A stretch of DNA of 64,000 nt from Halanaerobiaceae bacterium (GCA_003553225.1 PWDW01000225.1:1140-65139), one strand, 5' to 3'; shown: positions 47,249 to 56,275, numbered from the stretch's first letter. Translations and numbers: made by a program. The notes: generated by a model not told the origin, from the sequence alone.

Positions 47249-48370
47249 TTGCAGAAAGAATACTGGCTGGGTTTCAGCCTGATTAAAGGTCTGGGACTGG
47301 TAAGTATCAAAAAGTTAGCAGATTATTTTGACAGCCTACAGGAAGCCTGGGAAGCCGGTTACCGTAAGCTGAAGTATGTAAAGGGATTAAATATAAAACC
47401 GGGACTGCTGATAAAAAAAAGAAAAAAGATCAATATTTCAGAAGTACAGGAAAAATTGGCTGCTGAAAATATAAATTATTTATGTTATGGTGAACAGGAC
47501 TATCCCGATAAACTAAAAAATATAAAAAACCCACCCCCTGTTATATACAAAAAAGGTGTCTGTGATTTTTCCCGGCCGGCAGTAGCCCTGGTGGGCTCCC
47601 GGCGCTGTACGGCATATGGACGTGAGGTCGCCGAAAAATTGTCCTATAAGCTGGATCAGCACAACATCACTGTGGTCAGCGGTATGGCCCGGGGGATAGA
47701 TTCCTGCAGTCACAGAGGAGCCCTTAAGGGAGAGGGTAATACTGCTGCTGTTCTGGGATCAGGTCTGGATGTTGTTTATCCCCCTGAAAATGAAAAATTA
47801 TATTCTGAAATAGCCGATCGGGGAGCTGTAATTTCTGAGTTTCCTCTGGGCACCAAACCCCGCTCTGAAAATTTCCCCAGCCGGAACCGAATAATCAGTG
47901 GTCTGGCTGAGGGAACGGTGGTAATTGAGGCGGCAGAACAGAGTGGCTCTCTAATCACTGCAGAACTGGCCCACAGTCAGGGGCGAACAGTTTTTGCAGT
48001 TCCGGGGAATATTAATCGCCCCACCAGCAGGGGCTGTAATACTCTGCTTACAGAATATGCTCTTCCGGTTACCCGGCTGGAAGATATTTTAGATAATATT
48101 TTTCAGGAGAAAAAAATTGATTCTCAATCTGAGACCAAAAAAGATAAACAGAAAAAATATATCCAGTTAAACAAACAGGAGGAAAAAGTGCTGCACACCC
48201 TGCAGGATAAAGGAGAACTGCATGTCAGTGAAATAGCAGAATCCTGTTCTATCAAGATAGAAAAGTTAAATTCTCTGCTTCTGGAACTGGAAATAAAAGG
48301 GCTTGTTTCTTCCCGGCCGGGAAAAAAATATTGTTTTGAGGGTTTACAAAATCTTTTAAAACCAATATAA
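47249..48370 (+). CDS. dprA: DNA processing protein DprA (Smf)
   Basis: ALVGSRRCTAYG, SGMARGIDSCSHRGAL and FPSRNRIISGL motifs, with a C-terminal wHTH. TTG start after GAGGAGG. Confidence 0.88.
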   Translation: MQKEYWLGFSLIKGLGLVSIKKLADYFDSLQEAWEAGYRKLKYVKGLNIKPGLLIKKRKKINISEVQEKLAAENINYLCYGEQDYPDKLKNIKNPPPVIYKKGVCDFSRPAVALVGSRRCTAYGREVAEKLSYKLDQHNITVVSGMARGIDSCSHRGALKGEGNTAAVLGSGLDVVYPPENEKLYSEIADRGAVISEFPLGTKPRSENFPSRNRIISGLAEGTVVIEAAEQSGSLITAELAHSQGRTVFAVPGNINRPTSRGCNTLLTEYALPVTRLEDILDNIFQEKKIDSQSETKKDKQKKYIQLNKQEEKVLHTLQDKGELHVSEIAESCSIKIEKLNSLLLELEIKGLVSSRPGKKYCFEGLQNLLKPI

Positions 48371-48416
48371 TAAGAAAACGGTAAATTATAATCTGTCAAT
48401 AGGAGCTTTGATTTTC

Positions 48417-48433
48417 AAAAGTTGTGTTAATAT
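48417..48433 (+). promoter_or_regulatory. candidate extended -10 promoter for topA
   Basis: AAAAGTTGTGTTAATAT contains TGT + TAATAT (48428-48433) but has a weak -35. The same 13-mer AAAAGTTGTGTTA recurs in the promoter at 50643-50655. Confidence 0.35.
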
Positions 48434-48503
48434 TAAATAATAGCACCACAATTGGATATTCGATATTCAATTTAATAATACAGTAAGTGATGGAGGTAAT
48501 AAG

Positions 48504-50582
48504 ATGGCAGCCAAAAAGGATTTTAATCTAGTGATTGTTGAATCACCGGCCAAGGCAAAAACAGTTGGTAAATTTTTAGGAAAGGATTATAAGGTTCAGG
48601 CTTCAAATGGACATGTCATAGATCTCCCCAAGAGTCAGCTGGGAGTTAATATTGAAGAAAATTTTGAGCCTAAATATATTACCATCCGGGGTAAAGGTGA
48701 TGTATTAAAAAGATTGAGAAAAGAGGTTAAAAAAAGCAAGAATGTATATCTCGCTACAGACCCCGACCGGGAAGGTGAGGCTATTTCCTGGCATCTGGCC
48801 CGGGCTCTTAAGCTGGATGAAGAAAATAACAGGATAGCCTTTAATGAGATAACCCGGGAGGCAGTACAGCAGGCTATTGATGACTGTCGTTCTATTGATG
48901 AAAACCTGGTTAATGCCCAGCAGGCCAGGCGTATACTGGATAGACTGGTGGGTTATAAATTAAGCCCTCTGCTCTGGAAAAAAGTTAGAAAAGGCCTTAG
49001 TGCAGGCCGGGTCCAGACAGTTGCGGTAAAAATTATCTGTGAACGGGAAAAAGAAATTGAGGCTTTTGAACCTGATGAATACTGGTCCCTGGATGCAGTC
49101 TTAAAGAAAGATGAGCAGGATATGGAAGCAGAACTGCACCATATAAATGGTGAAGAGTTTAATATACCCGGTGAGGAAGAAATGCAGGAGATAATTGATG
49201 AGCTGCAGGAAAGGCAATTTGAGGTAAGCAAAATCAATGAGCGAAAGAGAAAGAGGAATCCCTATCCTCCCTTTACCACCAGTACTCTGCAGCAGAGAGC
49301 CTCCAGTAAACTAAATTTTTCAGCCAAAAAGACGATGTTTATTGCCCAGCAGCTTTATGAAGGTATTGAGGTGGGTTCAGAAGGTTCAGTTGGTTTGATA
49401 AGTTATATGCGAACAGACAGCACCCGGGTTTCCAGAGAAGCTCAAAATGAAGCTCTGGCCTATATAAAAGATGAATTCGGCAAAAAATATGCTCCCCAAA
49501 AAGCCCGTAATTATCAGGCTTCAGATGAATCACAGGATGCACATGAAGCGGTCAGACCTACCTCGGTGAACAGGGTGCCCGAAAAGATCAAAAAACATCT
49601 TACCAGTGATCAGTTTCGTCTTTATAAATTGATCTGGACTCAATTTGTAGCCAGTCAGATGAAGTCAGCGGTTTATAAACTTATAACTGTTGATGTTGAG
49701 GCCGGAGAAAAATATTTATTTCGAATTTCTGGTTCAGAGATTCTCTTTCCCGGTTTTATCAGGCTGACCGGAACCAGGAAAGATGATGTGATTTTACCTG
49801 ACCTGGATGAGGGGGATCAGCTGGAGGTAGAGGAGTTTATTCCCGAGCAGCATTTTACAAAGCCTCCTCCCCGTTATACCGAGGCCCGGCTGGTTAAAAC
49901 ACTGGAAGAAAAAGGTATAGGTCGGCCCAGCACCTATGCTCCAACAATATCAACCATTATTTCCCGGGAATATGTGGAAAGAGACAACAAAAATCTGGTT
50001 CCCACTGAACTGGGTTTTATTGTAACCGATTTATTAACTGAATTTTTCCCCCAGGTTACCGATGAAGAATTTACAGCCTATCTGGAAGAAAGGCTGGACA
50101 GCATCGAGGAGGGAAAAGATAACTGGAAAGAGGTACTTTCGGATTTTTATTTTTCTTTTGCGGATCGTCTGGAAGTGGCAGAAGAGGAGATGGAAGAAGT
50201 AGATTTTGTAGAGGAGACTGATGAGGTTTGTGAAAAATGTGGTTCTCCAATGGTTGTAAAACACGGTCGTTATGGTAAGTTTCTGGCCTGTTCTGCCTAT
50301 CCAGAGTGTGAGAATACCCGGCCCTATCTGGAAAAAATCGGAGTCAAATGTCCGGAATGTGAAGATGGAGATATTATTAAAAGAAAAAGCAAAAAAGGAC
50401 GCCGATTTTTTGGATGCAGTAATTATCCCGATTGTGAGTTTGTGGCCTGGGATAAACCAGTTGCAGAAAAATGTCCTGAATGTGGAGGGCTGATGGTGGA
50501 AAAGTCTTCAAAATCAAAAGGCACCTATCATAAATGTATAAATAAAGAGTGCCTGGCAGAGCATGTTATAACCAATAAATAA
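48504..50582 (+). CDS. topA: DNA topoisomerase I
   Basis: Toprim VESPAKAKT, active-site region SYMRTDS, three C-terminal CxxC...CxxC zinc ribbons. Confidence 0.95.
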   Translation: MAAKKDFNLVIVESPAKAKTVGKFLGKDYKVQASNGHVIDLPKSQLGVNIEENFEPKYITIRGKGDVLKRLRKEVKKSKNVYLATDPDREGEAISWHLARALKLDEENNRIAFNEITREAVQQAIDDCRSIDENLVNAQQARRILDRLVGYKLSPLLWKKVRKGLSAGRVQTVAVKIICEREKEIEAFEPDEYWSLDAVLKKDEQDMEAELHHINGEEFNIPGEEEMQEIIDELQERQFEVSKINERKRKRNPYPPFTTSTLQQRASSKLNFSAKKTMFIAQQLYEGIEVGSEGSVGLISYMRTDSTRVSREAQNEALAYIKDEFGKKYAPQKARNYQASDESQDAHEAVRPTSVNRVPEKIKKHLTSDQFRLYKLIWTQFVASQMKSAVYKLITVDVEAGEKYLFRISGSEILFPGFIRLTGTRKDDVILPDLDEGDQLEVEEFIPEQHFTKPPPRYTEARLVKTLEEKGIGRPSTYAPTISTIISREYVERDNKNLVPTELGFIVTDLLTEFFPQVTDEEFTAYLEERLDSIEEGKDNWKEVLSDFYFSFADRLEVAEEEMEEVDFVEETDEVCEKCGSPMVVKHGRYGKFLACSAYPECENTRPYLEKIGVKCPECEDGDIIKRKSKKGRRFFGCSNYPDCEFVAWDKPVAEKCPECGGLMVEKSSKSKGTYHKCINKECLAEHVITNK

Positions 50583-50630
50583 AAAAACAGGAAGATAATA
50601 TTAGAATTATCTAAATATCCATAATTTTTC

Positions 50631-50659
50631 TTGACAGGGATAAAAAGTTGTGTTATGAT
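50631..50659 (+). promoter_or_regulatory. strong sigma-A promoter 357 nt upstream of hslV
   Basis: TTGACA (50631-50636), 17-nt spacer ending in TGT, TATGAT (50654-50659). Confidence 0.6.
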
Positions 50660-50834
50660 TAATTGAGAAAAAATAAAAGGGGAACAATTTTGAATCATAT
50701 GACAATTACTCTATAAGAGAGTTTTTGTTAAAATTATCCCTGTTGAGCTTATTTTAGGCTGCCGTTATTTTAGATGCTGCTGATAATACAGCTGCAAACT
50801 TTTGGTAATAAGCTTAATTTAATTAATATAAAAA

Positions 50835-50900
50835 GTGTTATAAGTTGTTATTAAGTTGTTATTAAGTTGTTATAATGTTTTTTATAATGTTTTCTTATAT
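50835..50900 (+). repeat. about six degenerate 11-12-bp tandem repeats (GTTGTTATWAA) in the hslV leader
   Basis: GTGTTATAA / GTTGTTATTAA / GTTGTTATTAA / GTTGTTATAAT / GTTTTTTATAAT / GTTTTCTTATAT read consecutively. The period is close to one helical turn. Confidence 0.85.
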
Positions 50901-50975
50901 TTTTTATCATTGTTACTGCTGATATTTCTGCTGACAGCAGTTAAGAAGAGCAGGGGGGCTTTTTTAAACCGAAGG

Positions 50976-50995
50976 AGTATATACAAGTATATACA
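50976..50995 (+). repeat. perfect tandem decamer AGTATATACA x2, each containing the palindrome GTATATAC
   Basis: 50976-50985 equals 50986-50995. The repeat lies 5 nt upstream of the hslV AGGAGG RBS, and a third ATATAC abuts the ATG. Confidence 0.85.
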
Positions 50996-51015
50996 CATTC
51001 AGGAGGAACATATAC

Positions 51016-51591
51016 ATGACTGGAGAAAGCACAAATGGTACCAATAGCAAGTATGACAATTTTGAGGCAACTACCATTGTGGCGGTAAAAAAAGGGAAAA
51101 ACATAGCTCTGGGTGGAGATGGACAGGTAACCCTGGGAGAAACCATAATGAAGTCCGGAGCCCGCAAAGTGCGTAAACTTTATGAAGGTGAAGTGCTGGC
51201 CGGTTTTGCCGGGACATCTGCTGATGCATTTACCCTTTTTGAAAAGTTTGAAGTTAAGCTGGAAGAATATCATGGTAATCTGGAGCGGGCGGCGGTTGAG
51301 CTGGCTAAAGAGTGGAGAACTGATAAGATGCTGCGTCGCCTGGAAGCCCTGCTCATTGTGGCCAATAAGGAAAAAATTTTACTTATTTCCGGTACCGGTG
51401 ATGTAATAGAGCCTGATGATAATATTACCGCAATTGGTTCCGGAGGTCCTTATGCTCTGGCAGCAGCCCGGGCTCTGGTGGATATGGAGGATCTTGAGGC
51501 AGAAGAAATAGTCAGCAGAGCTCTGAATATTACCGCAGATATCTGTATATATACCAATGACCGGATAACAATTGAAGAAATTGGAGGTTGA
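51016..51591 (+). CDS. hslV: ATP-dependent protease subunit HslV (ClpQ)
   Basis: Ntn-hydrolase N-terminal TTIVAV preceded by an 18-aa propeptide-like extension, plus GDGQVTLG and GSGGPYA motifs. AGGAGG RBS. Confidence 0.92.
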   Translation: MTGESTNGTNSKYDNFEATTIVAVKKGKNIALGGDGQVTLGETIMKSGARKVRKLYEGEVLAGFAGTSADAFTLFEKFEVKLEEYHGNLERAAVELAKEWRTDKMLRRLEALLIVANKEKILLISGTGDVIEPDDNITAIGSGGPYALAAARALVDMEDLEAEEIVSRALNITADICIYTNDRITIEEIGG

Positions 51592-51599
51592 TCTTTTTA

Positions 51600-52985
51600 A
51601 TGGCACAGCTAACTCCTCAGGAGATAGTAGATGAACTAGATCATTATATTATAGGACAGAATGAGGCTAAAAAATCGGTGGCAATAGCATTACGCAACCG
51701 CTACCGAAGAAAAAATATAAAATCTGATCTTCAGGATGAAATTATTCCTAAAAACATTTTAATGATTGGTCCCACCGGGGTAGGAAAAACTGAAATCGCC
51801 CGCAGGCTGGCCGGTATTGCTGATTCTCCTTTTCTAAAAGTTGAAGTTACCAAATTTACCGAAGCTGGTTATGTGGGTCGTGATGTGGACTCCATGGTTC
51901 GGGATCTTGTTAAGTCAGCCATGAGGATGCTCAAGGAAAAGAAGATAAATGAAGTACAGGATCAGGCCTATAAAATGGCCGAAGACAGAATACTGGAGAG
52001 TATTCTGCCAAGCCGTGAAAAAAAGAGCAAAAACCCTTTAAATTTTCTCTTTGACAGAGATGAAGATTATAATGAAGAGGAAAAGACCTATCAGGAATCC
52101 CTGCAAAAAAGGCGGGAAGATCTGCGTCAGCGCCTTCGTGAGGGGGAGCTGGATGACCGGATGATCGAAATAGAGGTTAAATCTAAGCCTCCCCAGATGA
52201 TGGAGCTTTTTTCCGGTACCGGAGTGGAAGAGATGGGAATTGATTTTCAGGATATGTTTGGCAGCATGTTTCCTGATAAGAAAAAAAAGAAAAAGGTTAC
52301 TATTGAAGAGGCCCGGGAAATTTTCAAAGAAGAAGAAGCCGAAAAGCTAATTGATGAAGATGAAATTGGCCGGCAGGCGGTGACTCAGGTTGAAGAAAAT
52401 GGAATAATTTTCCTTGATGAACTTGATAAAATAGCAGGCCGGGAATCCGGAACTTCAGGTCCTGAAGTCTCACGAGAGGGTGTACAGAGAGACATACTGC
52501 CCATTGTCGAAGGCTCCACGGTCACCACCAAACATGGTTCAGTAAAGACCGATCATATTTTGTTTATTGCCGCCGGAGCTTTTCATGTATCTAAACCTTC
52601 GGATTTAATTCCAGAACTGCAGGGGCGTTTTCCGCTGCGGGTGGAGCTGCACAGCCTGACCAAAGAAAATTTTGTTGATATTCTGAAACTGCCCAAAAAT
52701 GCCCTAACCAAACAGTATAAAGCACTGCTGGGGACGGAAGGCATTGATATTGATTTTACGCCCGGAGCTATTGAAGAAATTGCCGGTTATGCCTTTCAGG
52801 TCAATGAAGTTATGGAAAATATTGGAGCCCGGCGCCTGCATACAATCATGGAACATCTTTTAGAAGAGCTTTCTTTTAATGCTCCCGGGATGGATCAGGG
52901 TTCATTTACAATTGATGTTGATTATGTCAGAGAACAGCTGGAAGATGTTGTACAGGATGAGGATTTAAGCAGATATATCTTATAG
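51600..52985 (+). CDS. hslU: ATP-dependent protease ATPase subunit HslU (ClpY)
   Basis: [17 protein letters not shown], Walker [19 protein letters not shown] Walker B, inserted I-domain. Confidence 0.93.
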   Translation: MAQLTPQEIVDELDHYIIGQNEAKKSVAIALRNRYRRKNIKSDLQDEIIPKNILMIGPTGVGKTEIARRLAGIADSPFLKVEVTKFTEAGYVGRDVDSMVRDLVKSAMRMLKEKKINEVQDQAYKMAEDRILESILPSREKKSKNPLNFLFDRDEDYNEEEKTYQESLQKRREDLRQRLREGELDDRMIEIEVKSKPPQMMELFSGTGVEEMGIDFQDMFGSMFPDKKKKKKVTIEEAREIFKEEEAEKLIDEDEIGRQAVTQVEENGIIFLDELDKIAGRESGTSGPEVSREGVQRDILPIVEGSTVTTKHGSVKTDHILFIAAGAFHVSKPSDLIPELQGRFPLRVELHSLTKENFVDILKLPKNALTKQYKALLGTEGIDIDFTPGAIEEIAGYAFQVNEVMENIGARRLHTIMEHLLEELSFNAPGMDQGSFTIDVDYVREQLEDVVQDEDLSRYIL

Positions 52986-53047
52986 GTTAATGGCTTTAGG
53001 GAAATAGAATAAGAAAAAATAAAAATATTCAATGGAGGGAAAAAATA

Positions 53048-53830
53048 ATGAGTGAGTTACTGAACAAAAGCAGGAAGATTAACAGATTACTGCAGAGAAC
53101 TGGAGGCAAAAGAGTAGATTTTTCAGAAATGGCGGATGTTCTCTCTGATGCAATTCAATGCAACTCTTATATTACCAGCAGAAAAGGAAAGATTCTGGGC
53201 TACAGTCTTCTGGATGATTTTGAATGTGATATTATGGAGGAAAAGGTTATTGCTGAAGGCTACTTTCCGGAAGACTACAATGATGGTCTCTTAAATGTTA
53301 CCCAAACCAGAGATAATGTTGAGCAGAAAGAAGGAGAATGTGTGTTTACTGATGCAGAAGATTGTTTGTATTCTGATAAACTGACCACAATTGTTCCTGT
53401 GGTTGGTGGGGGAGACCGTCTGGGAACCCTGGTTCTGGCCCGTTATGGTGAAAAATTTGATGATCAGGATATTGTTCTTGCAGAATATGGTGCTTCTGTG
53501 GTGGGTATGGAAATTCTCCGCTCTGAAAGTGATAAAATTGAAAAAGAAGCCCGTAAAAAAGCTGCTGTTCAGATTGCCATCGATACTCTTTCTTATTCTG
53601 AACTGGAAGCTATTGAGCATATTTTTGAAGAGCTGGATGGAGAAGAAGGTCGGCTGGTAGCAAGTAAAATTGCCGATAGGGTAGGCATTACCCGTTCTGT
53701 AATTGTAAATGCTCTACGTAAATTTGAAAGTGCCGGGGTAATTGAGTCACGCTCCCTGGGTATGAAAGGTACCTATATAAAAATCCTAAATGAATATCTG
53801 CTTGATGAACTAAAAGAGGTAACCATTTAG
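53048..53830 (+). CDS. codY: GTP/BCAA-sensing global regulator CodY
   Basis: GAF-like N-domain and C-terminal w[43 protein letters not shown]. Follows hslVU as in Bacillus. Confidence 0.95.
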   Translation: MSELLNKSRKINRLLQRTGGKRVDFSEMADVLSDAIQCNSYITSRKGKILGYSLLDDFECDIMEEKVIAEGYFPEDYNDGLLNVTQTRDNVEQKEGECVFTDAEDCLYSDKLTTIVPVVGGGDRLGTLVLARYGEKFDDQDIVLAEYGASVVGMEILRSESDKIEKEARKKAAVQIAIDTLSYSELEAIEHIFEELDGEEGRLVASKIADRVGITRSVIVNALRKFESAGVIESRSLGMKGTYIKILNEYLLDELKEVTI

Positions 53831-53881
53831 CAGGGATTTAAGCAGATAAATGTGATTGATAAAACAGAAATAACTTCATTC

Positions 53882-53919
53882 AAAGCCTTTCATGTTATCC
53901 GACCATGGAAGGCTTTTTT
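53882..53919 (+). terminator. intrinsic terminator after codY
   Basis: 13-bp stem AAAGCCTTTCATG (53882-53894) / CATGGAAGGCTTT (53904-53916) with one mismatch, then T-run to 53919. Confidence 0.8.
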
Positions 53920-53925
53920 ACAATT

Positions 53926-53972
53926 CAGGAAAAAACAAAATTTAACTCACCCTGTTTTCGGCCCTCCTCAGG
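53926..53972 (+). repeat. intergenic repeat, copy 2 (first copy at 23427-23472)
   Basis: CAGGAAAAAACAAAATTTAACTCACCCTGTT... Core 53933-53951 is identical to 23434-23452. Starts 7 nt after the codY terminator. Confidence 0.7.
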
Positions 53973-54228
53973 TTTTGGTCCCGGGAGTGAGTCGCAATTG
54001 TGAAAAGCGAATGCTGAAACAAAAATTTTATTATTTGTCTTCTTTTCCTCAATGTGAGGGGGACAATACTCCTCTCATACAAAACCAAAAATGTGTTAAG
54101 TCAGATGACAATTCAGTGAAAAGGTAGCCTTTTAAGTGCTTGATGTGCTAATCCTGGCCCCACCATATGTATCAAATGGAGGTCACACCGAAATGTTTAT
54201 AAATTATGTTTTCAGGAGTGGATTATAG

Positions 54229-54591
54229 GTGGCTGCAAAAATATTAATTGCCGATGATGCAAAATTTATAAGGGTAATACTAAAAAACATTCTTCAGGAA
54301 AATAATTATGATATTGCCGGTGAAGCCGCTGATGGCAGACAGGCAGTGGAGATGTATAAAGAACTGGAACCTGATATTGTTATTCTGGATATAACAATGC
54401 CGGTTATGAATGGTGTTGAAGCTGTAGAAAAAATCAGGGAATATGATGAATCTGCCCGGATAATTTTATGTACGGCCAAGGGCCAGAAACAGATGATAAA
54501 AAAAGCTCTCAAGAAAGGAGCCCGGGATTATATTGTAAAACCTTTTGAGGAGGAAAGGCTGCTCAAAACAATAACCAGAAATCTGGGTTAA
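54229..54591 (+). CDS. cheY: CheY-like single-domain response regulator
   Basis: 120 aa. Acidic pocket IADD, phospho-acceptor LDITMP, conserved T (CTA) and K (KPF). GTG start after AGGAGTGG. Confidence 0.85.
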   Translation: MAAKILIADDAKFIRVILKNILQENNYDIAGEAADGRQAVEMYKELEPDIVILDITMPVMNGVEAVEKIREYDESARIILCTAKGQKQMIKKALKKGARDYIVKPFEEERLLKTITRNLG

Positions 54592-54614
54592 TGATATAAA
54601 GGGGGACCAGCCGG

Positions 54615-56234
54615 ATGGATGAGGTTGAAAAATATCAGCAGGAATTTTTTGATGAATCATTTAAATATATAAAAAAATTGAATAATAGTTTATTGGTCAT
54701 CGAAAAAGAATCAGACAATAAAAAAAGTTTAAACAAAGCCTTTAGGTCAGTTCATTCTCTTAAAGGTATGGCGGCGATGATGGGATATGAGAAACTGGCA
54801 GAGTTAACTCACAAGATGGAGAGCCTGCTTTATGATATTAGACAGGGCAAATTGCCTTTACATAAACCGGTGCTGGACTGTCTGTTTACCGGACTTGAAT
54901 ATATTGAACAGCTGGTTTTTGATATAAGAACAGAAAATAACGAAAAACAAAATATAAAAAAATATATGCATTATGTGCAGCAGATAATTCAGGGTGATTT
55001 TTCAGTTTCTTTTCCGGACAAGGATCTTGAACCTGCAAAAAAAGAAGCTCCTTTAAGGAAAACAGAAAATATAAATTCCAGCGGTCTCCAGGTTACAAAA
55101 GATAAACTGGACAAATTGATGAATAAAGTACAGGAACAGTTTTTGTATCAGGCCTACCTGCAGGTAGTAGGGACAGGCCATGATATATATCAGGACCTAA
55201 TTCAGAATCTGAGTGAGGCTACAGACCAGCTCTATGAGCAGCTCCTGCAGGTAAGAACCTTATCGGCTCAGGAGCTGTATTCCCGCTTATTGCCCCTGGT
55301 CCGGTCTCTGTCCAGAAAAAAGAACAAAAAAATAAAGTTTAGATTTGAGGGAGCAAATATCAGGGTGGACAGGGAGATTACGGGGGAGCTTACGACAATT
55401 TTAATCCACCTCATCAGAAATGCGGTGGCTCATGGTATTGAAAAACCTGAAATTAGAAAACAGAGAGGAAAGGATTCTGAGGGAGAGATTTCAGTCCAGG
55501 CAGCTCAGGATGGTGATAAAATAAATTTTCGGGTCCAGGATGATGGTTCCGGTTTAAGAATAGAAGAGATTGCCCGGCAGGCGGCTCAGAGAGGATTAGT
55601 AGAGCCCGAAAAAATTAAAGAGCTGACTGAACAGCAGAAACTTGATTTGATCTTTGAACCTGGTTTGAGCACGGCCTCTGAAGTAACTGAGATTTCTGGC
55701 CGGGGAGTTGGTCTGGATGTAGTAAAAAACACAGTAGATAAACTGCAGGGAGAAATAAACCTTACTACCCGGGTCGGAGCCGGAACAACATTTTCTGTGC
55801 TTCTACCCTGTTCCCGTTCCTATATCAGAGCTTATTTGTTTGAACTAAATAACCGGGTATTTGCTCTACCGGAAACTGAAGTACGGGAGACGATTAAGGC
55901 CGGGCCTGAAGACCTGGAAGAAATTTGTGGCCGGCAGGTTATTGTCCATCAGAACACTGCTGTACCGCTTGTGGTCCCCGGTGTCTGTCAGGATGAGAAG
56001 AAATTTCTGGACAAATTTAATGATGGCAGTCGGTTCTCGCTTTTGATAATCAGCAGGGACAGCAGCCTTTGGGCTGCAGCTGCAGAAAAAATTCTTGCTC
56101 AAAAAAATATAATAAAAATATCTTCCGGAAAACAAAATATCAAGCTCCCTGAATTACCAATCGAATATATTGGAGGGGTGGGCCTAACAGCTGACGGGGA
56201 CACGGTGCTGTTATATACCGGGCAGCAGGACTAA
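54615..56234 (+). CDS. cheA: CheA-type histidine kinase (short form: HPt - dimerisation - HATPase - CheW-like)
   Basis: HPt motif SVHSLKGMAAMMG. N, G1 and G2 boxes HLIRNAVAHGIE, DDGSGL and GRGVGLDVV. C-terminal CheW-like domain. At 539 aa there is no room for a P2 domain. Confidence 0.8.
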   Translation: MDEVEKYQQEFFDESFKYIKKLNNSLLVIEKESDNKKSLNKAFRSVHSLKGMAAMMGYEKLAELTHKMESLLYDIRQGKLPLHKPVLDCLFTGLEYIEQLVFDIRTENNEKQNIKKYMHYVQQIIQGDFSVSFPDKDLEPAKKEAPLRKTENINSSGLQVTKDKLDKLMNKVQEQFLYQAYLQVVGTGHDIYQDLIQNLSEATDQLYEQLLQVRTLSAQELYSRLLPLVRSLSRKKNKKIKFRFEGANIRVDREITGELTTILIHLIRNAVAHGIEKPEIRKQRGKDSEGEISVQAAQDGDKINFRVQDDGSGLRIEEIARQAAQRGLVEPEKIKELTEQQKLDLIFEPGLSTASEVTEISGRGVGLDVVKNTVDKLQGEINLTTRVGAGTTFSVLLPCSRSYIRAYLFELNNRVFALPETEVRETIKAGPEDLEEICGRQVIVHQNTAVPLVVPGVCQDEKKFLDKFNDGSRFSLLIISRDSSLWAAAAEKILAQKNIIKISSGKQNIKLPELPIEYIGGVGLTADGDTVLLYTGQQD

Positions 56235-56275
56235 AGGGGGAGTTTGAATTACCAGCTAAAAATCATTTTCGAGTA

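Noticed and set aside
50690-50716. 8-codon mini-ORF (MNHMTITL) as a regulatory leader peptide
   Set aside because: It has an SD-like AAGGGGA and a TTG start. However, there are no obvious alternative terminator/antiterminator structures tied to it and no codon bias pointing to a sensed amino acid. It is kept only as a remark within the leader finding.
50856-51047. 63-aa ORF (MLLSCYNVFYNVFLYF...) upstream of and overlapping the hslV start
   Set aside because: It is a low-complexity translation of the T-rich 11-bp repeat array. It has no RBS and overlaps the well-supported hslV start.
53852-54127. 91-aa ORF after codY
   Set aside because: - It begins upstream of, and reads through, the codY intrinsic terminator.
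- It has no RBS and no recognisable domain.
- It is better treated as non-coding (see the findings for 23425-23820 and 53920-54228).
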